Virus record (IMG/VR): IMGVR_UViG_3300048576_000578
Coordinates: 1 to 51,481 of that record
Reading direction: 5' to 3' (one strand)
DNA: 51,481 nucleotides
Origin: a virus
Taxonomy: Duplodnaviria > Caudoviricetes
The position numbers and the translations under genes were made by a program. Shown here in pieces: positions 1 to 10,458 of this stretch (its first letter is position 1; each line of letters starts with the position of its first letter). The notes beneath the pieces were generated by a model. That model was not told the origin of the DNA. It ran no database searches and saw only the letters and a program-made list of their open reading frames with translations.

Positions 1-1035
1 ATGGCTGGTAAAAGAGTTCGTCAGAACGGAACGTGGGAGTATGTTTTTAAGCGCAAAGGCGTGCTGAAAGCCCCCATCTATTTCACCTTCGACTCGGAGG
101 AAGAGGGGGATTGTTATGCCGCTAAGGCAGAGGCTCTTCTTGACCGGGGCATCATTCCTGTTGAGATGCTGGAGGGCGGCGTCCGCACCCTCGGGGAGCT
201 CTGTTCTCTGTACGGCGAGTCCGTGACCATGGTCGATAGCGAGGCCGAGCTTTTGCCCACCATCCAGCGCATGATAGATCGCGTCAGGATCGAAAAACTG
301 ACCTACGCCTGGGTCGAGAGCCTCGTCGCTGATTTGAAGGCCGCTGGGCGCTCCGCAAGCACCATCTCGAAGCGAATTTGTGGCCTCGCCAGGGTCGTCG
401 ACTGGGCTATGCGGCGCAATCTCGTCAGCCTTGAGGCCAACCCGCTGCGCCTGTTGCCCCGTGGCTATTGCGCTACGAAGATTGATAAAAACAAGCTATG
501 GGAAGGTGAGCGCGACCGGCGTCTGGAGCCCGACGAGGAAAAGGCCATCCGCAAGGTGTTGAAAGACCCCTTCGAGCGCCTGCTCTTCGATATGGCCCTT
601 GAGACGGCCATGCGCCTGTCCGAGATGTTCACCCTGCGCTGCGACCAGATCGACCTGAAGGCCAGGACCATCTTTCTCCACAAGACCAAGAACGGCTCCC
701 GGCGCCAAGTCCCGATCACGTCGGTCTTGCTCAAGCTACTGCAAGAACACGACATGACCAAAGAGCACCTGTTCCATGTCTGGTGGAACGGCGACGAGAG
801 CCAGCGCACCATCGTCAGCAAGCGCCTGACTCACCTCTTCGCACGCAGGATCAGGAAGGCCGGGGTGAAGGACTTCCGCTTCCACGACCTTCGTCATGAG
901 GCCACCAGCCGGTTCTATGAGCGCACTCGCTTGACTGACCTGCAGGTTGCCTCGATCACCGGCCACAAGGGCTTCAGGATGCTCCAGCGCTATGCCAACC
1001 TGCGCGGGAGCACCCTTGCTGAATCCCTCTGGTGA
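1..1035 (+). CDS. int: Tyrosine recombinase / phage integrase
   Basis: Catalytic set visible: TAMRLSE (R), KTKNG (K), FHDLRH (HxxR), TGHK (H), RYANL (Y). Confidence 0.93.
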   Translation: MAGKRVRQNGTWEYVFKRKGVLKAPIYFTFDSEEEGDCYAAKAEALLDRGIIPVEMLEGGVRTLGELCSLYGESVTMVDSEAELLPTIQRMIDRVRIEKLTYAWVESLVADLKAAGRSASTISKRICGLARVVDWAMRRNLVSLEANPLRLLPRGYCATKIDKNKLWEGERDRRLEPDEEKAIRKVLKDPFERLLFDMALETAMRLSEMFTLRCDQIDLKARTIFLHKTKNGSRRQVPITSVLLKLLQEHDMTKEHLFHVWWNGDESQRTIVSKRLTHLFARRIRKAGVKDFRFHDLRHEATSRFYERTRLTDLQVASITGHKGFRMLQRYANLRGSTLAESLW

Positions 1036-4000
1036 TCACTCTCCGACCAAACTCTCCATGGCCCTGCCGGCGAGGTTCCCGGCAGGGAGAGCCTTGGCCA
1101 GCTCCACAGCGACCTTGCGATCCTTCAGCGGCTCGAACTCCGTCTCACCACTGAACGGCGAGAGATTCGCCGAGAACTTGATGCCGGGGATCGGGCTGCT
1201 CAGCGTGTTCTGAATCTGATCCCAGAACGGGCCAGCAAGCTTGGCCGGATCGAACTGCGTCACACTCTCCATCCACATCTGAGGCACGCCACCAAGGTTC
1301 GCCTGACCGTAGCCATACTCCAGGTAGCCGTCCAGACCACCCTGCATCCAGTACGGCTCGTCGCCCGGAATCAGCATCTCCTTCACCGCACCGGCAGCGA
1401 TGCTGATGGAGGCGAAGCCAAGGCCTGCGACCAGGGCAGGGCGCAGATTGCCCTGAGCAGCCTGAGCCAAGATGCCCTTCAGCATGACGCTGTGGAAGGC
1501 ATAGGCGAAGTTCTTCAGGTGAGCGAAGGTTGCCATGCGCGGATCGCTCATCCACGTCGCACGCACTGCCGGATTCGAGCTCATGACTGCGTCCTGGACA
1601 AAGCGCTGGATCGCAGCCCGGTTTGCTGCGTCGGTGGTATCCAGGTTGCCGTCCTTGTCGAGCTTGATCGACTTCGGATCAGCACCTTCACCGAAGAGTC
1701 GCTCAAAACGAGCCTGTTCACCGTCCTTCTTAAAGTCGACGCCGTTCTTGGCCCAGTCCATGATGATGCGTTCGCCGACACCGGCTGCCGTGATCCGCAC
1801 CCCGCGGTTCCAGCCCTCCATGCCGATGATGCGGAAGAACTTGTTGTTCACCTCGCGGGCCTTCTCACTCATGTAGACCGAGCTGTAGTTCTGGCCCAGC
1901 GTGTCAAGCATGGCGCCGGCGTCCGAGACACCCCACTCTTCAGCCCGCAGCGTGGCAGCGTCACCACCCTTCTTGCCCATCCATGTGTTGCGCACTTCGC
2001 GCATGCCAGCGGCGAAGGCGTTCCAGGCGTCACCGAGCGTCCCGCCCTGAACAGTGATGCCGATCACGTCGGAGAGGTTCGTGAACAGGGCCAGCGGGAG
2101 CAGGCGCACGTTCTGGTAGGTGTTGATCCAGCTGTTGATGCTGCGCATGCTCTGGCTGATCTCGTTGCCCAGCGTACCCTCCATCGCACGCACGGCGTTG
2201 ATGGCGGGCCGCAGCTTGACCTCTGCTTCCATCATGCTCGCGTTGGCTGCATCCGCTCCGACCGCAGCGCGGTGGAGGTCGGCGCCGACCATGCGCAGCG
2301 TCGGGTACGGCTCAGGGAATGGCACACCTGGGTTGTCCTTCATCCAGGCACCCTTGGCCTTCTTCCACGCCTTGATCGCCGGCTCCAGACCCGCCTTCGC
2401 CTTGTCGACCAGTGCTTGCCCACCCATCTCGCGCAGGAAGGCGGTATCCATCGCATCGGCGATCACCTCCCCACCGTAGCCGAAGCGCTTCTGGTACTCA
2501 GCACGCTTGACCATGGTGCGGGTGTAGCTCGTGACGATCTCGATCAAGTCCTTGGACTTGTACTTGCTGAAGGCCTCCTTGTCGAGCCAGTCGAGCTCGC
2601 GGCGGTTCACCGCAGCAGCCGCCGGCGTGATGCCAAGGCTCCACTCACTCTCCTGGATGTCGACCAGACCCGTGCTGTTCAGGAGCCGGGTGTAGATTTG
2701 CTCGGCGATCATCTCGGGAGTGATGTCGTTCACCTCCGACTTGGCGATGATCTTGCCGGATTCCATGAACTCGTCTTCCGCCCGTGCGATCTCCGCCTTC
2801 GCCGTGGGCGACTCCACCTTCGCGTTCGGGTTCTTCCTCCAGATAGCCAGCTCGGCGTTCGCCTGCTGCGCCATGTAGGCCAGCTGGTCGGCGTGCTTCG
2901 CCAGCAGCGTCGACACGAAGCCGTCGTGGTCCTTGGTGAGCGCTTCAATCGACCAGGACTGCGTGAAGTAGTTCTTGCGTTTCTGCAGCGGCACCCAGCG
3001 CTCGTCGCTCGTCGGGTCAAGCCTGCACACGTCGGACTGGACAGCGTAGTTGTACATCTCGCCGTAGTAGTCGCGGATGTAGTCGACCAGCTTGCTGATC
3101 TTCTGATCAGCCGGGTGCGTCGTACCGCGCTCCAGGTGCTGCAGGGCGATCTCCATGTCCTTGTCGTCGTACTTGCCTTGGGTCAGGAAACGCTCGAAGG
3201 CGTTCAGGCGAGTCTGGGCCTCGCCGTGAGCTGCCTCAAGGAAGCCGCCACGAGCCATGAGGCTCGGGTCACGCGCTTGGTTGCGCATCGACTTACCGGC
3301 CATCTGGTGGAACTTGTCGGCAATCTGCTTCAGCTCGGGGTGATCCCTGTACAAGTTCAGCATCGTCTCACTGGTGACGACGTACTTGCCGAACCCGCGC
3401 CAGAAGCCCTCAGCACGCTGACCAAGCTCGTCGATGGTCTTCTGGTGAGCTTCGGCACTCTTGCGCAGCGCGTCGTAGACCGCGTCCTTCGACTCGGTGT
3501 CAGCCACCGCGCCGCTGGCGAAGTCGCGGAAGAACTTCTCGACCAGGGCGCGATCCTCGGCAGAAGCCTTCTCTGCCAAGCGCTTGTCACGGACACCAGC
3601 GTTGACGAAGGCGTGGAGGTCTTTAAGCACGTTGGCGATCCAGTCCTTGATGGTCTGGAAGAGATTCTTGGTTTCCGGCCCGACGTTGATCATGCCCATG
3701 TCCCAGAACTGGAACAGGAAGGCCGCGGCTTCTTCCGGCTTCTTCAGCTGCTTGACGGCCTTCGGGTGATCGGCCAGGAGCTGCTCCAGCTTGCGCATGA
3801 TGATCGGGTTCGTCGCCACGCGCTCGATGATCTGCGCGACGTTCTCGGCGCCACGGGTGCGCAGCTGAGCGAAGAGCTCGTGCAGCGCCTCGTGGTACTG
3901 CGTGCCGTTCGGTGCAGCAGCGGCCAGCTTGATCCCGTGCGGCGTCCACATCCCAGCCTTACCGCCCAGGTCTGCGACCACTTGCGCGTCGTAGTCCTTG

Positions 4001-7000
4001 CCGAGAATGCGGGCGATGTCCTTCAGAGCCTGCTCGGGATCGAGCTTGGCGTCGGACGTGGTGGATTGCTCAGAGGACTTGGCGCCACCCACTTCACTCA
4101 AGCGATCGCGAATCAGCTCCTGAGCTTCGAAGACGACGTTGCTCTTTGCGTCCGTGTAGTTGTCGAGATCGTTGCGCTGCCAGAAGGGGTTGCTGTTGTC
4201 AGCTGGGAAGAAGGTCTCCAGCGCGTCGGAGGCCTTGCCCAGCTTGTCGAACGGAAGCGACTTGATGTACGCCTGCATGTCCTTCATCGACAGCGAGGCG
4301 ACCTTCATCACCCAGGCGTCTTGCTTGGTCAGATTTCCCGAGTCAGCAGGCCCATCAGCTACTCTTCCGACAACGGTCCTGTCGGTTGTCCGTTCCGATT
4401 TGTTGGAACCAGGTTCGCTTTCCGTTTCGGCCCCGATCCGTCCAGATTCCGAAGCCACTCCGGCTTCTTTTCCTCCGGGGTCAGCTTGCCCTGCTTTTCG
4501 AGAAGTTTCCACCGCATCTCGTTCCACTCGTCTCTTGGCATTCGGCACCTCGCTACGTTGTTTGGAAATCACCGCGTCGATCTGTTCCATATTCTTTTTG
4601 AATCTGGAAACCAGCATTCGCGCAGCGTCAACGTTACCACCAAAATAACCATTGGCGATGGTATGCGGGTAGTCTGACAACTGCTTCTTAAATTCGTTGT
4701 AAGCCCCGTCGAACATTACGACTTCTTCGTTCGACATGGCGCGAACACCTTCGACGAAGGTGGTCATACCTCCGCGCAAAAGCTCAATGAACTTTTGTCG
4801 AGCCTCTTCGCGTCTAGTAGCTTTGCCACCATCCTCTGCACGATCTGGCGTGGCTTTCGTACCAGGAGCGAACTTTTCAGCATCCTTCGGATCAACAGAC
4901 TGGCTGCGACCGATGCGACTCTGCGCGGTGTACTCGGTGCTCGACGACAGCATGTCGCCACGCGCATCACGCTTGATGTACTCAGGGTCGTAGGCGGACA
5001 GGTCATCGGGGCCGACTTGCCCTTCGTCAATCTGATTCCCGCGAGTCGAACCAATCTCCGTGACGAACGGTGCAGACTTCAGCACACCAGATTCCACGAG
5101 CTCGTTCCAGAGGAACACAGACGGCTCATAGTTACGCTTGCCGCCCTCGTCCTTCGCATAAATCGCCTGGACGATCTTTGCGCGAACAGTCTTTTCAACA
5201 GCGCCGTCGAGAAGCTCCTTCAGCTCGTTGCGCATCTCCCACGGCTTCTTTTCACGAACACGGTCGTTACGCCCAGCGTCGAAATCATCAGGATCGAAAT
5301 CGAAAGACAGCGTGCGCTCCGACTGCTCGCGCTCTTGCCTGAGCGCTTCGCCTAGCGTGTAGCGGTTCCCTTCTTTGTCTCTGAACAGGACGAGGTTCTT
5401 GGGCCACTTGCGGATGTCAGCACCATCGAACCACATCGGCGAGCCATCGCGCAGTGTGCCGATCTTCATCGCCTTACCTTCGCCACCGAAGCGGCTATCT
5501 TGGAGGACACTGGTGATACCGTCGCTCAAGAGCTGCAGCATCTGCTGCGCAGTCCCTTCATAGCGCTTACTCGATGCTCCGTTGCTGTCCGAAGCGCGGA
5601 ACATCTTTGCGATGATCATCTGCGTCGAAGTGACGAATGGTCGAGTCCCGACTTTTCCGTCCTTGGTGAACGTGCGGAAGATCAGGGTTCCGGTGTGCGG
5701 GCCGTATTTCGGATCACGAGGGTCGGCGTTCTTCATGTGAACGTCCTTGGCCTCGATCTGCGTCCCGAGCTTTTCCATGCCAATGCGATCGACCGCGAGC
5801 GTGACAATCTTCTGGTTCAGCAAGTTTGCCCGACGCTTAAGGCCGACTTCATAATCGGCCTTCCGCTTCGCGTACTGCTTCATGGCGAATTCAGACACAT
5901 CTTTCGGTTCTGGCGAAAGGCGCTCGAAGGTGGGGAAATACTCATGAACTAGATCGCGAGTGATTTTGTCGCGAGTCTGCTTCGGCAACGACTCAACACT
6001 CTTGCCGCGCTCTGCGGAGACTTTCTCTATCGTGCGATCGACAATGCCGACGTACACTGCCTTGTTCACCGTAGACGCCGCGTCTTTCGCTGTAGCCACA
6101 GCAGCCTTCTTCTCAAGCTCAGCACGCTGCTCAACGTCGCGGATGTCGAAAAACTCATCGTCTTCGAACTTCGGGTAGCTGCGCTTAACTGCCGGATCGG
6201 ATTCATTCACACCGCTCGCCCAGTCGCCGTCGTTCTCGGTGACACCGACCTTCTCGTCTTGGTCGCGGGCTGCAGCGGCCAGCGAGCTGTCGACCTTGAG
6301 GCCCATCTTGTTGTCAGCCTTGTAGAACTTGCTCGGCTGGCGGAAGTGCTTCAGCACCTCCTGGGCATCAACGACCTGGGTCTTGAACCACTTGTAGTCT
6401 TCAGCGCCGAGCTGGCCACCACTCTTGCGCAACTCACGAGCCATGCGCTCGATCATCTTCGGCGACCAGTTCTTCTCGTGCGTGTAGCGGATGGCGCTCT
6501 TCAGGAAGCCAACGTCGCCCTCGTTCGACGAAACGTAGTCGCGCAGCGTCTGGATGACATCGCCAGCGTCGGCGATCTTCCAACCTTCCTTGCGAGCTGC
6601 GGTGACAGCGCTCTCGATCACGCTCGGAGCACGATTGCCCAGCGCCTCGATGAAGGCACGCGGGATGTGAACCGAACCGTCCTCCGTCAGCTTCTTGCCG
6701 AAGTCGCTCTTGATCCAGGCAAACATCTTGGCGCCGAGACCAGCGGCTTCGTCCGAGTCGTCGAAGTAGTGGCTGTAGCGCTTGCCCTCGTTGTCGATCC
6801 AGGCCTTGGCCAGTGCGTCGAGCTCCTTGCCCTCCGGGGTCATCTCCGACGCCTTCGCCCCGCTCGGCACGAAGCTCTCGGAAGCCGCCTCCTGGTCAGA
6901 ACGACGGCTGTTCTGCTGCAGCACCGAGCGGAACTTGTCCCACTCACCGGTGCTCTTGTAAGCCGCAGCAGCTTGGCGCAGGCTCTCTTCACGCGGGCCG

Positions 7001-8163
7001 AAGGTGCGGGGCTTGGAGGACAGAATCTTGTCCGCCCACTTGTCAGCGTACTCGCGCATGCTGGTGCTGACTTCACCGTCGGGCATTTCCTTCGGCACTG
7101 GATCGAAGAAGCGGTCGTCGGCCAAGCCACGCAGAACCTGCTCGATGCTCGGGGTGCCCGCGGAATTGATCTCGTCACGCGCCTGCTTCACACCCTGCTG
7201 CTCGGCACGCTGGTAAATCTTGTCGATCACCTTGCCCAGAGGATCGCGAGCTGTGTCGACGACAGCCGCAGTGCCCTGGCCCAGCTTGTCGCGTGCGGTG
7301 CCGATGGCTGCGCCACCAGCACTCAGCCCGCCGCCTGCGACACCGCCAGCCATGGCGTCGTTGAAGGCGCTGGTGTAGTCGTAGTTCGTCAGCTCGTCGC
7401 CTCGAAGCGCGTTCTGCCCAGTCTGACCGACGAGGTTCTGCAGACCTTCGGTGGCGAACTCTTCCCCAGCGTCCTTGAGGATGGTCTTTCCGAGCATGCG
7501 CTTGCCGACGCCACCGACCGCCATGCGTGCCACGCCCGCAGGCACGATGGCGTCGAGCGCCGCACTCGGGAGCGCGGTCAGCTGCGCCGTGTCGTGAATC
7601 TGCTGCGCCGTGTTCTTCTGGCGGATGGTCGGGTCCATCATCGAGCTGCCGACCGCTTCCTCGTAGGCCATGTCGTAGCCTGGGACGAAGGCACCGCCGG
7701 CACCGAGCAGGGCGCTGGCACGCGCACCGAGCGCCGGGTTCCGAGTCAGCGCACCGACAGCCACACCGGCCAAGTTACCCGCCATGCCGCCGGCAGCTGG
7801 CGCCAGCATGCTACGCAGCCCACCTCCGACCGCGCCACCGAACCAGTTCGCAGCAGAGCCAACGCCGTTGATGTCGGTGAACTCCTGCGTCGTCGGCGCC
7901 CAGGTCTGAGCACGAGCCATGTGGTCCTGCGCACGCTGCTGCAGCGCCTGACTGAGACCGATGTCACCGTTGCGTTCGGCGAGGTTGGCGTCGGCCAGCA
8001 GCTCGCTGGCACGCAGGCCTTCGGCAGTGGAAGTCCAGCCCCGAGAGATCGGGTTGGTGTCCTGGGCCTCCAAGTAGTCCGCCCCGAGACCTTGGTTCGG
8101 GGCGTACTTGGCACTGTCGCGCAGTTGGAGGGGCTGGAGTGAATCGCGTAGGGTGATGGCCAT
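1036..8163 (-). CDS. Very large (2375 aa) internal virion / DNA ejection protein with HExxH zincin-like motif
   Basis: Last and largest gene of a podovirus-like operon; Gly/Ala-rich N-terminus; YHEALHELF motif; stop codon abuts the integrase stop. Confidence 0.65.
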   Translation of the reverse strand: MAITLRDSLQPLQLRDSAKYAPNQGLGADYLEAQDTNPISRGWTSTAEGLRASELLADANLAERNGDIGLSQALQQRAQDHMARAQTWAPTTQEFTDINGVGSAANWFGGAVGGGLRSMLAPAAGGMAGNLAGVAVGALTRNPALGARASALLGAGGAFVPGYDMAYEEAVGSSMMDPTIRQKNTAQQIHDTAQLTALPSAALDAIVPAGVARMAVGGVGKRMLGKTILKDAGEEFATEGLQNLVGQTGQNALRGDELTNYDYTSAFNDAMAGGVAGGGLSAGGAAIGTARDKLGQGTAAVVDTARDPLGKVIDKIYQRAEQQGVKQARDEINSAGTPSIEQVLRGLADDRFFDPVPKEMPDGEVSTSMREYADKWADKILSSKPRTFGPREESLRQAAAAYKSTGEWDKFRSVLQQNSRRSDQEAASESFVPSGAKASEMTPEGKELDALAKAWIDNEGKRYSHYFDDSDEAAGLGAKMFAWIKSDFGKKLTEDGSVHIPRAFIEALGNRAPSVIESAVTAARKEGWKIADAGDVIQTLRDYVSSNEGDVGFLKSAIRYTHEKNWSPKMIERMARELRKSGGQLGAEDYKWFKTQVVDAQEVLKHFRQPSKFYKADNKMGLKVDSSLAAAARDQDEKVGVTENDGDWASGVNESDPAVKRSYPKFEDDEFFDIRDVEQRAELEKKAAVATAKDAASTVNKAVYVGIVDRTIEKVSAERGKSVESLPKQTRDKITRDLVHEYFPTFERLSPEPKDVSEFAMKQYAKRKADYEVGLKRRANLLNQKIVTLAVDRIGMEKLGTQIEAKDVHMKNADPRDPKYGPHTGTLIFRTFTKDGKVGTRPFVTSTQMIIAKMFRASDSNGASSKRYEGTAQQMLQLLSDGITSVLQDSRFGGEGKAMKIGTLRDGSPMWFDGADIRKWPKNLVLFRDKEGNRYTLGEALRQEREQSERTLSFDFDPDDFDAGRNDRVREKKPWEMRNELKELLDGAVEKTVRAKIVQAIYAKDEGGKRNYEPSVFLWNELVESGVLKSAPFVTEIGSTRGNQIDEGQVGPDDLSAYDPEYIKRDARGDMLSSSTEYTAQSRIGRSQSVDPKDAEKFAPGTKATPDRAEDGGKATRREEARQKFIELLRGGMTTFVEGVRAMSNEEVVMFDGAYNEFKKQLSDYPHTIANGYFGGNVDAARMLVSRFKKNMEQIDAVISKQRSEVPNAKRRVERDAVETSRKAGQADPGGKEAGVASESGRIGAETESEPGSNKSERTTDRTVVGRVADGPADSGNLTKQDAWVMKVASLSMKDMQAYIKSLPFDKLGKASDALETFFPADNSNPFWQRNDLDNYTDAKSNVVFEAQELIRDRLSEVGGAKSSEQSTTSDAKLDPEQALKDIARILGKDYDAQVVADLGGKAGMWTPHGIKLAAAAPNGTQYHEALHELFAQLRTRGAENVAQIIERVATNPIIMRKLEQLLADHPKAVKQLKKPEEAAAFLFQFWDMGMINVGPETKNLFQTIKDWIANVLKDLHAFVNAGVRDKRLAEKASAEDRALVEKFFRDFASGAVADTESKDAVYDALRKSAEAHQKTIDELGQRAEGFWRGFGKYVVTSETMLNLYRDHPELKQIADKFHQMAGKSMRNQARDPSLMARGGFLEAAHGEAQTRLNAFERFLTQGKYDDKDMEIALQHLERGTTHPADQKISKLVDYIRDYYGEMYNYAVQSDVCRLDPTSDERWVPLQKRKNYFTQSWSIEALTKDHDGFVSTLLAKHADQLAYMAQQANAELAIWRKNPNAKVESPTAKAEIARAEDEFMESGKIIAKSEVNDITPEMIAEQIYTRLLNSTGLVDIQESEWSLGITPAAAAVNRRELDWLDKEAFSKYKSKDLIEIVTSYTRTMVKRAEYQKRFGYGGEVIADAMDTAFLREMGGQALVDKAKAGLEPAIKAWKKAKGAWMKDNPGVPFPEPYPTLRMVGADLHRAAVGADAANASMMEAEVKLRPAINAVRAMEGTLGNEISQSMRSINSWINTYQNVRLLPLALFTNLSDVIGITVQGGTLGDAWNAFAAGMREVRNTWMGKKGGDAATLRAEEWGVSDAGAMLDTLGQNYSSVYMSEKAREVNNKFFRIIGMEGWNRGVRITAAGVGERIIMDWAKNGVDFKKDGEQARFERLFGEGADPKSIKLDKDGNLDTTDAANRAAIQRFVQDAVMSSNPAVRATWMSDPRMATFAHLKNFAYAFHSVMLKGILAQAAQGNLRPALVAGLGFASISIAAGAVKEMLIPGDEPYWMQGGLDGYLEYGYGQANLGGVPQMWMESVTQFDPAKLAGPFWDQIQNTLSSPIPGIKFSANLSPFSGETEFEPLKDRKVAVELAKALPAGNLAGRAMESLVGE

Positions 8164-8175
8164 TGTGTCTTCCTG

Positions 8176-10389
8176 TTACTTTAGACCGAAGCGGGTCATG
8201 AGTTCTTGCTTGAAAGCAGGGTCTCCGACGCTGTCGACTAGCATGCGCTGCTGGCTCGGCGAGAGGTTCTTCGAAGCCTCGCTGAGAGAGAGCTGGCGAC
8301 CAGTCGCTGGGTCTTGCAGGTAGGAGCCCCAGAGAGCGCCGTCCTGTTTACGCAGACCTTGTGGCATGTCCGAGCCCATGGTGCGTACACCGCGGAACAG
8401 ACTGCCGTCGTCCTTGGCGAAAGCAGCTTGCACACCGAGCTTGTCCATCAAGTCCTTGTAGTAGGCGGCTGAGCCCTCCTTGTAGTCGGACTTGAAATTG
8501 CCAGCGAACGCTTGGAGCTGTGAGTACAGCTTCCCGTTGAACTGACCTTTCTCGTCGGTAGCCTGGGCCTTCAGCATGTCAGCGATGCGCGTGTCCTGAT
8601 CCTTGCGCTGATTGAAGGCGAACTCGCGATCTGCGTTGCCCTGCAGGTTGGCGATCTTGCGATTTTCTTGATCGAACTTCGCCGCTTCGAGTGCGAGCTT
8701 CGCCTGCTCGGCGCCGCGCTTCGAAGCGAGCTCCTGGTTCTGCATGTCGAATGCGACCTTGCGCAGCCCAGCGGCCCGAGCACGCGGGTCAGTGATCTGG
8801 TCGCTGAAGGCGTCGAACTGAGCGCGTTCGGACTGCATCTGGGCCAGCGCCTGCTTGTCCGCGATGCGCTGCGGCGTGATCCAGTTGCCGTAGCCGTCCT
8901 TGGCATAACCGGCAGCAGCGAACTGCTTGTCACGCGCTGCGTCCGCAGCGGCCAGCCCGCCGTCCGTCATGTTCGAGTTGACCACCAGCTGACCTTTGGC
9001 ATCGCGCCCGGTGTAGACCTTGCCGTTCGGCGTGTCGATGGTCTTGTACTCACCAGACACGCCGGCTTGGCGCAGGCCGCGCATGTTCGCGTTGTCGAGC
9101 TCACCACGAGACGCCACGTTGCCGGAGCTGGCCCGAACCTCCTTGCGGTCGTACGACGGGTCGGAGACAGTGGGCGCAGCGGGCTGAGCCGGTGCAGCAG
9201 GCTTGACGATCGGCGTGGCGGTGGCCGCAGCCTGGGCACGCGGGTCGTTCGCCATGTAGTCTGGATGAAGTTGAGCCAGCTTGTCCAGATAGTGGCCCAG
9301 ACCCTTCCCGGTCTTGCTCTGCAGGTACGCATCACCGAGAGCCGCCGCACCGCCGACGATCTGCGCCGGTCCAGAGGGCACAGCCGCCAACGCCTTGAGG
9401 CCACCAGCCACTTGATCAGCCGGGGTTTCACCAGTCGCCATGTCGTAGGCGCCGCTGAGGCCTCCTGCTACGCCGCCTGCGACTCGGGCGACGTTGCCCG
9501 CAGTGCGCAGCCCGCTCTTGACTGCTGCGCCGGCGCGGCCAACGCGACCAGTGGGCTCTGCCGGGACAGCAGGGGGCGCGGTCGGAGTCGGCGCCTCTGG
9601 AGCAACCTGGACGTTGCTGGCAGCAGCCTTGAGCCGGTTCGCCGCAGCGCGAGCACGAACCTCGTCGTCGAGCAGCGGCATGGGGCCAACGAATCCGCCT
9701 TGCGCCAGTCCGCGCAGACCCTTCTTCATCGTCGGACCAACCGGCTCTCCGGTCGAAGCCGCGAGGTACTCCTCCAGGGTCATGCCTGCCTTGGCAGCGA
9801 GTGCTTCGAGCGCAGCGTTCTGCTCCTGGTTCACGATGCGCTCACCAGCGCCGACGCGAATCTCTTCTCCGGTCTCGGCGACACGGGCCGGCACGTTGTC
9901 CACGCCACCCGGCCCTTTGATGAAGCCCTTCTGGTCGACGCCCACGGTGCCACCTTGACGGAAGCCGAACATGGGCTTCTGCTGGTCGAGCGCGGTAGGG
10001 GCAGGCTCTTTCTCGGTCAGGTAGCTGTTGGTGATCTGGCCGATGGCACCAACCCCCTGCGCAGCCATGCCGCCTGCACGGGGCCGATACTTCGCCATGT
10101 CGAAGAGGGACTGCTTCAGCCCGTCCATGTTCTGCAGGGTGTTCTGCATGACGAAGTTGTTCTCGCTCGGCTGACCCTGACCGGCAGGCATGTAGCGCTC
10201 ACCGAAGCCCTTGACCATGTTGCCGAGCTCGGCACCGAGGGCTTGGCGCTCGCCACGGCGGGCGTACTTCATGCGCCCCATCACGTCGTCCATCGCCATG
10301 CGCTCACGGCGCATGAGCTCTTCGGTTTCCTGGCTGGGGTAGAGCTCGCCACCGTTGGCGAAGGCCCGCTTCAGACCGCTCATTTTCAT
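8176..10389 (-). CDS. Probable ejection/internal virion protein (737 aa)
   Basis: Ala/Gly/Gln-rich; FRQGG...GPGGVDNVPA...GERIV motif of the kind seen in ejection and tape-measure proteins; GGAG RBS; lies just before the giant protein. Confidence 0.55.
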   Translation of the reverse strand: MKMSGLKRAFANGGELYPSQETEELMRRERMAMDDVMGRMKYARRGERQALGAELGNMVKGFGERYMPAGQGQPSENNFVMQNTLQNMDGLKQSLFDMAKYRPRAGGMAAQGVGAIGQITNSYLTEKEPAPTALDQQKPMFGFRQGGTVGVDQKGFIKGPGGVDNVPARVAETGEEIRVGAGERIVNQEQNAALEALAAKAGMTLEEYLAASTGEPVGPTMKKGLRGLAQGGFVGPMPLLDDEVRARAAANRLKAAASNVQVAPEAPTPTAPPAVPAEPTGRVGRAGAAVKSGLRTAGNVARVAGGVAGGLSGAYDMATGETPADQVAGGLKALAAVPSGPAQIVGGAAALGDAYLQSKTGKGLGHYLDKLAQLHPDYMANDPRAQAAATATPIVKPAAPAQPAAPTVSDPSYDRKEVRASSGNVASRGELDNANMRGLRQAGVSGEYKTIDTPNGKVYTGRDAKGQLVVNSNMTDGGLAAADAARDKQFAAAGYAKDGYGNWITPQRIADKQALAQMQSERAQFDAFSDQITDPRARAAGLRKVAFDMQNQELASKRGAEQAKLALEAAKFDQENRKIANLQGNADREFAFNQRKDQDTRIADMLKAQATDEKGQFNGKLYSQLQAFAGNFKSDYKEGSAAYYKDLMDKLGVQAAFAKDDGSLFRGVRTMGSDMPQGLRKQDGALWGSYLQDPATGRQLSLSEASKNLSPSQQRMLVDSVGDPAFKQELMTRFGLK

Positions 10390-10409
10390 GGGTAACTCCT
10401 TGGATTTTG

Positions 10410-10425
10410 TCAGATTTTATCAGAG
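10410..10425 (-). promoter_or_regulatory. Segment A promoter-like motif, copy 1 (CTCTGATAAAATCTGA)
   Basis: One of four intergenic copies; contains extended -10 TG-A-TAAAAT, about 20 nt before the ATG at 10389. Confidence 0.6.
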
Positions 10426-10455
10426 AAAAAGGCGCCGTTTCAGGCGCCTTTTTCT
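10424..10455. terminator. Intrinsic terminator, potentially bidirectional
   Basis: Perfect inverted repeat AGAAAAAGGCGCC-gtttca-GGCGCCTTTTTCT directly after the stop at 10459. Confidence 0.85.
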
Positions 10456-10458
10456 GGG

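Noticed and set aside
1-1035. Integrase resembling shufflon (Rci-like) recombinases
   Set aside because: No inverted sfx-like repeats or invertible cassettes seen; position fits a prophage integrase.
1492-10395. Long plus-strand ORFs (1061, 627, 575 aa) and similar ones opposite the portal, capsid, terminase and RT genes
   Set aside because: Antisense shadows of GC3-rich real genes; no motifs or RBS.
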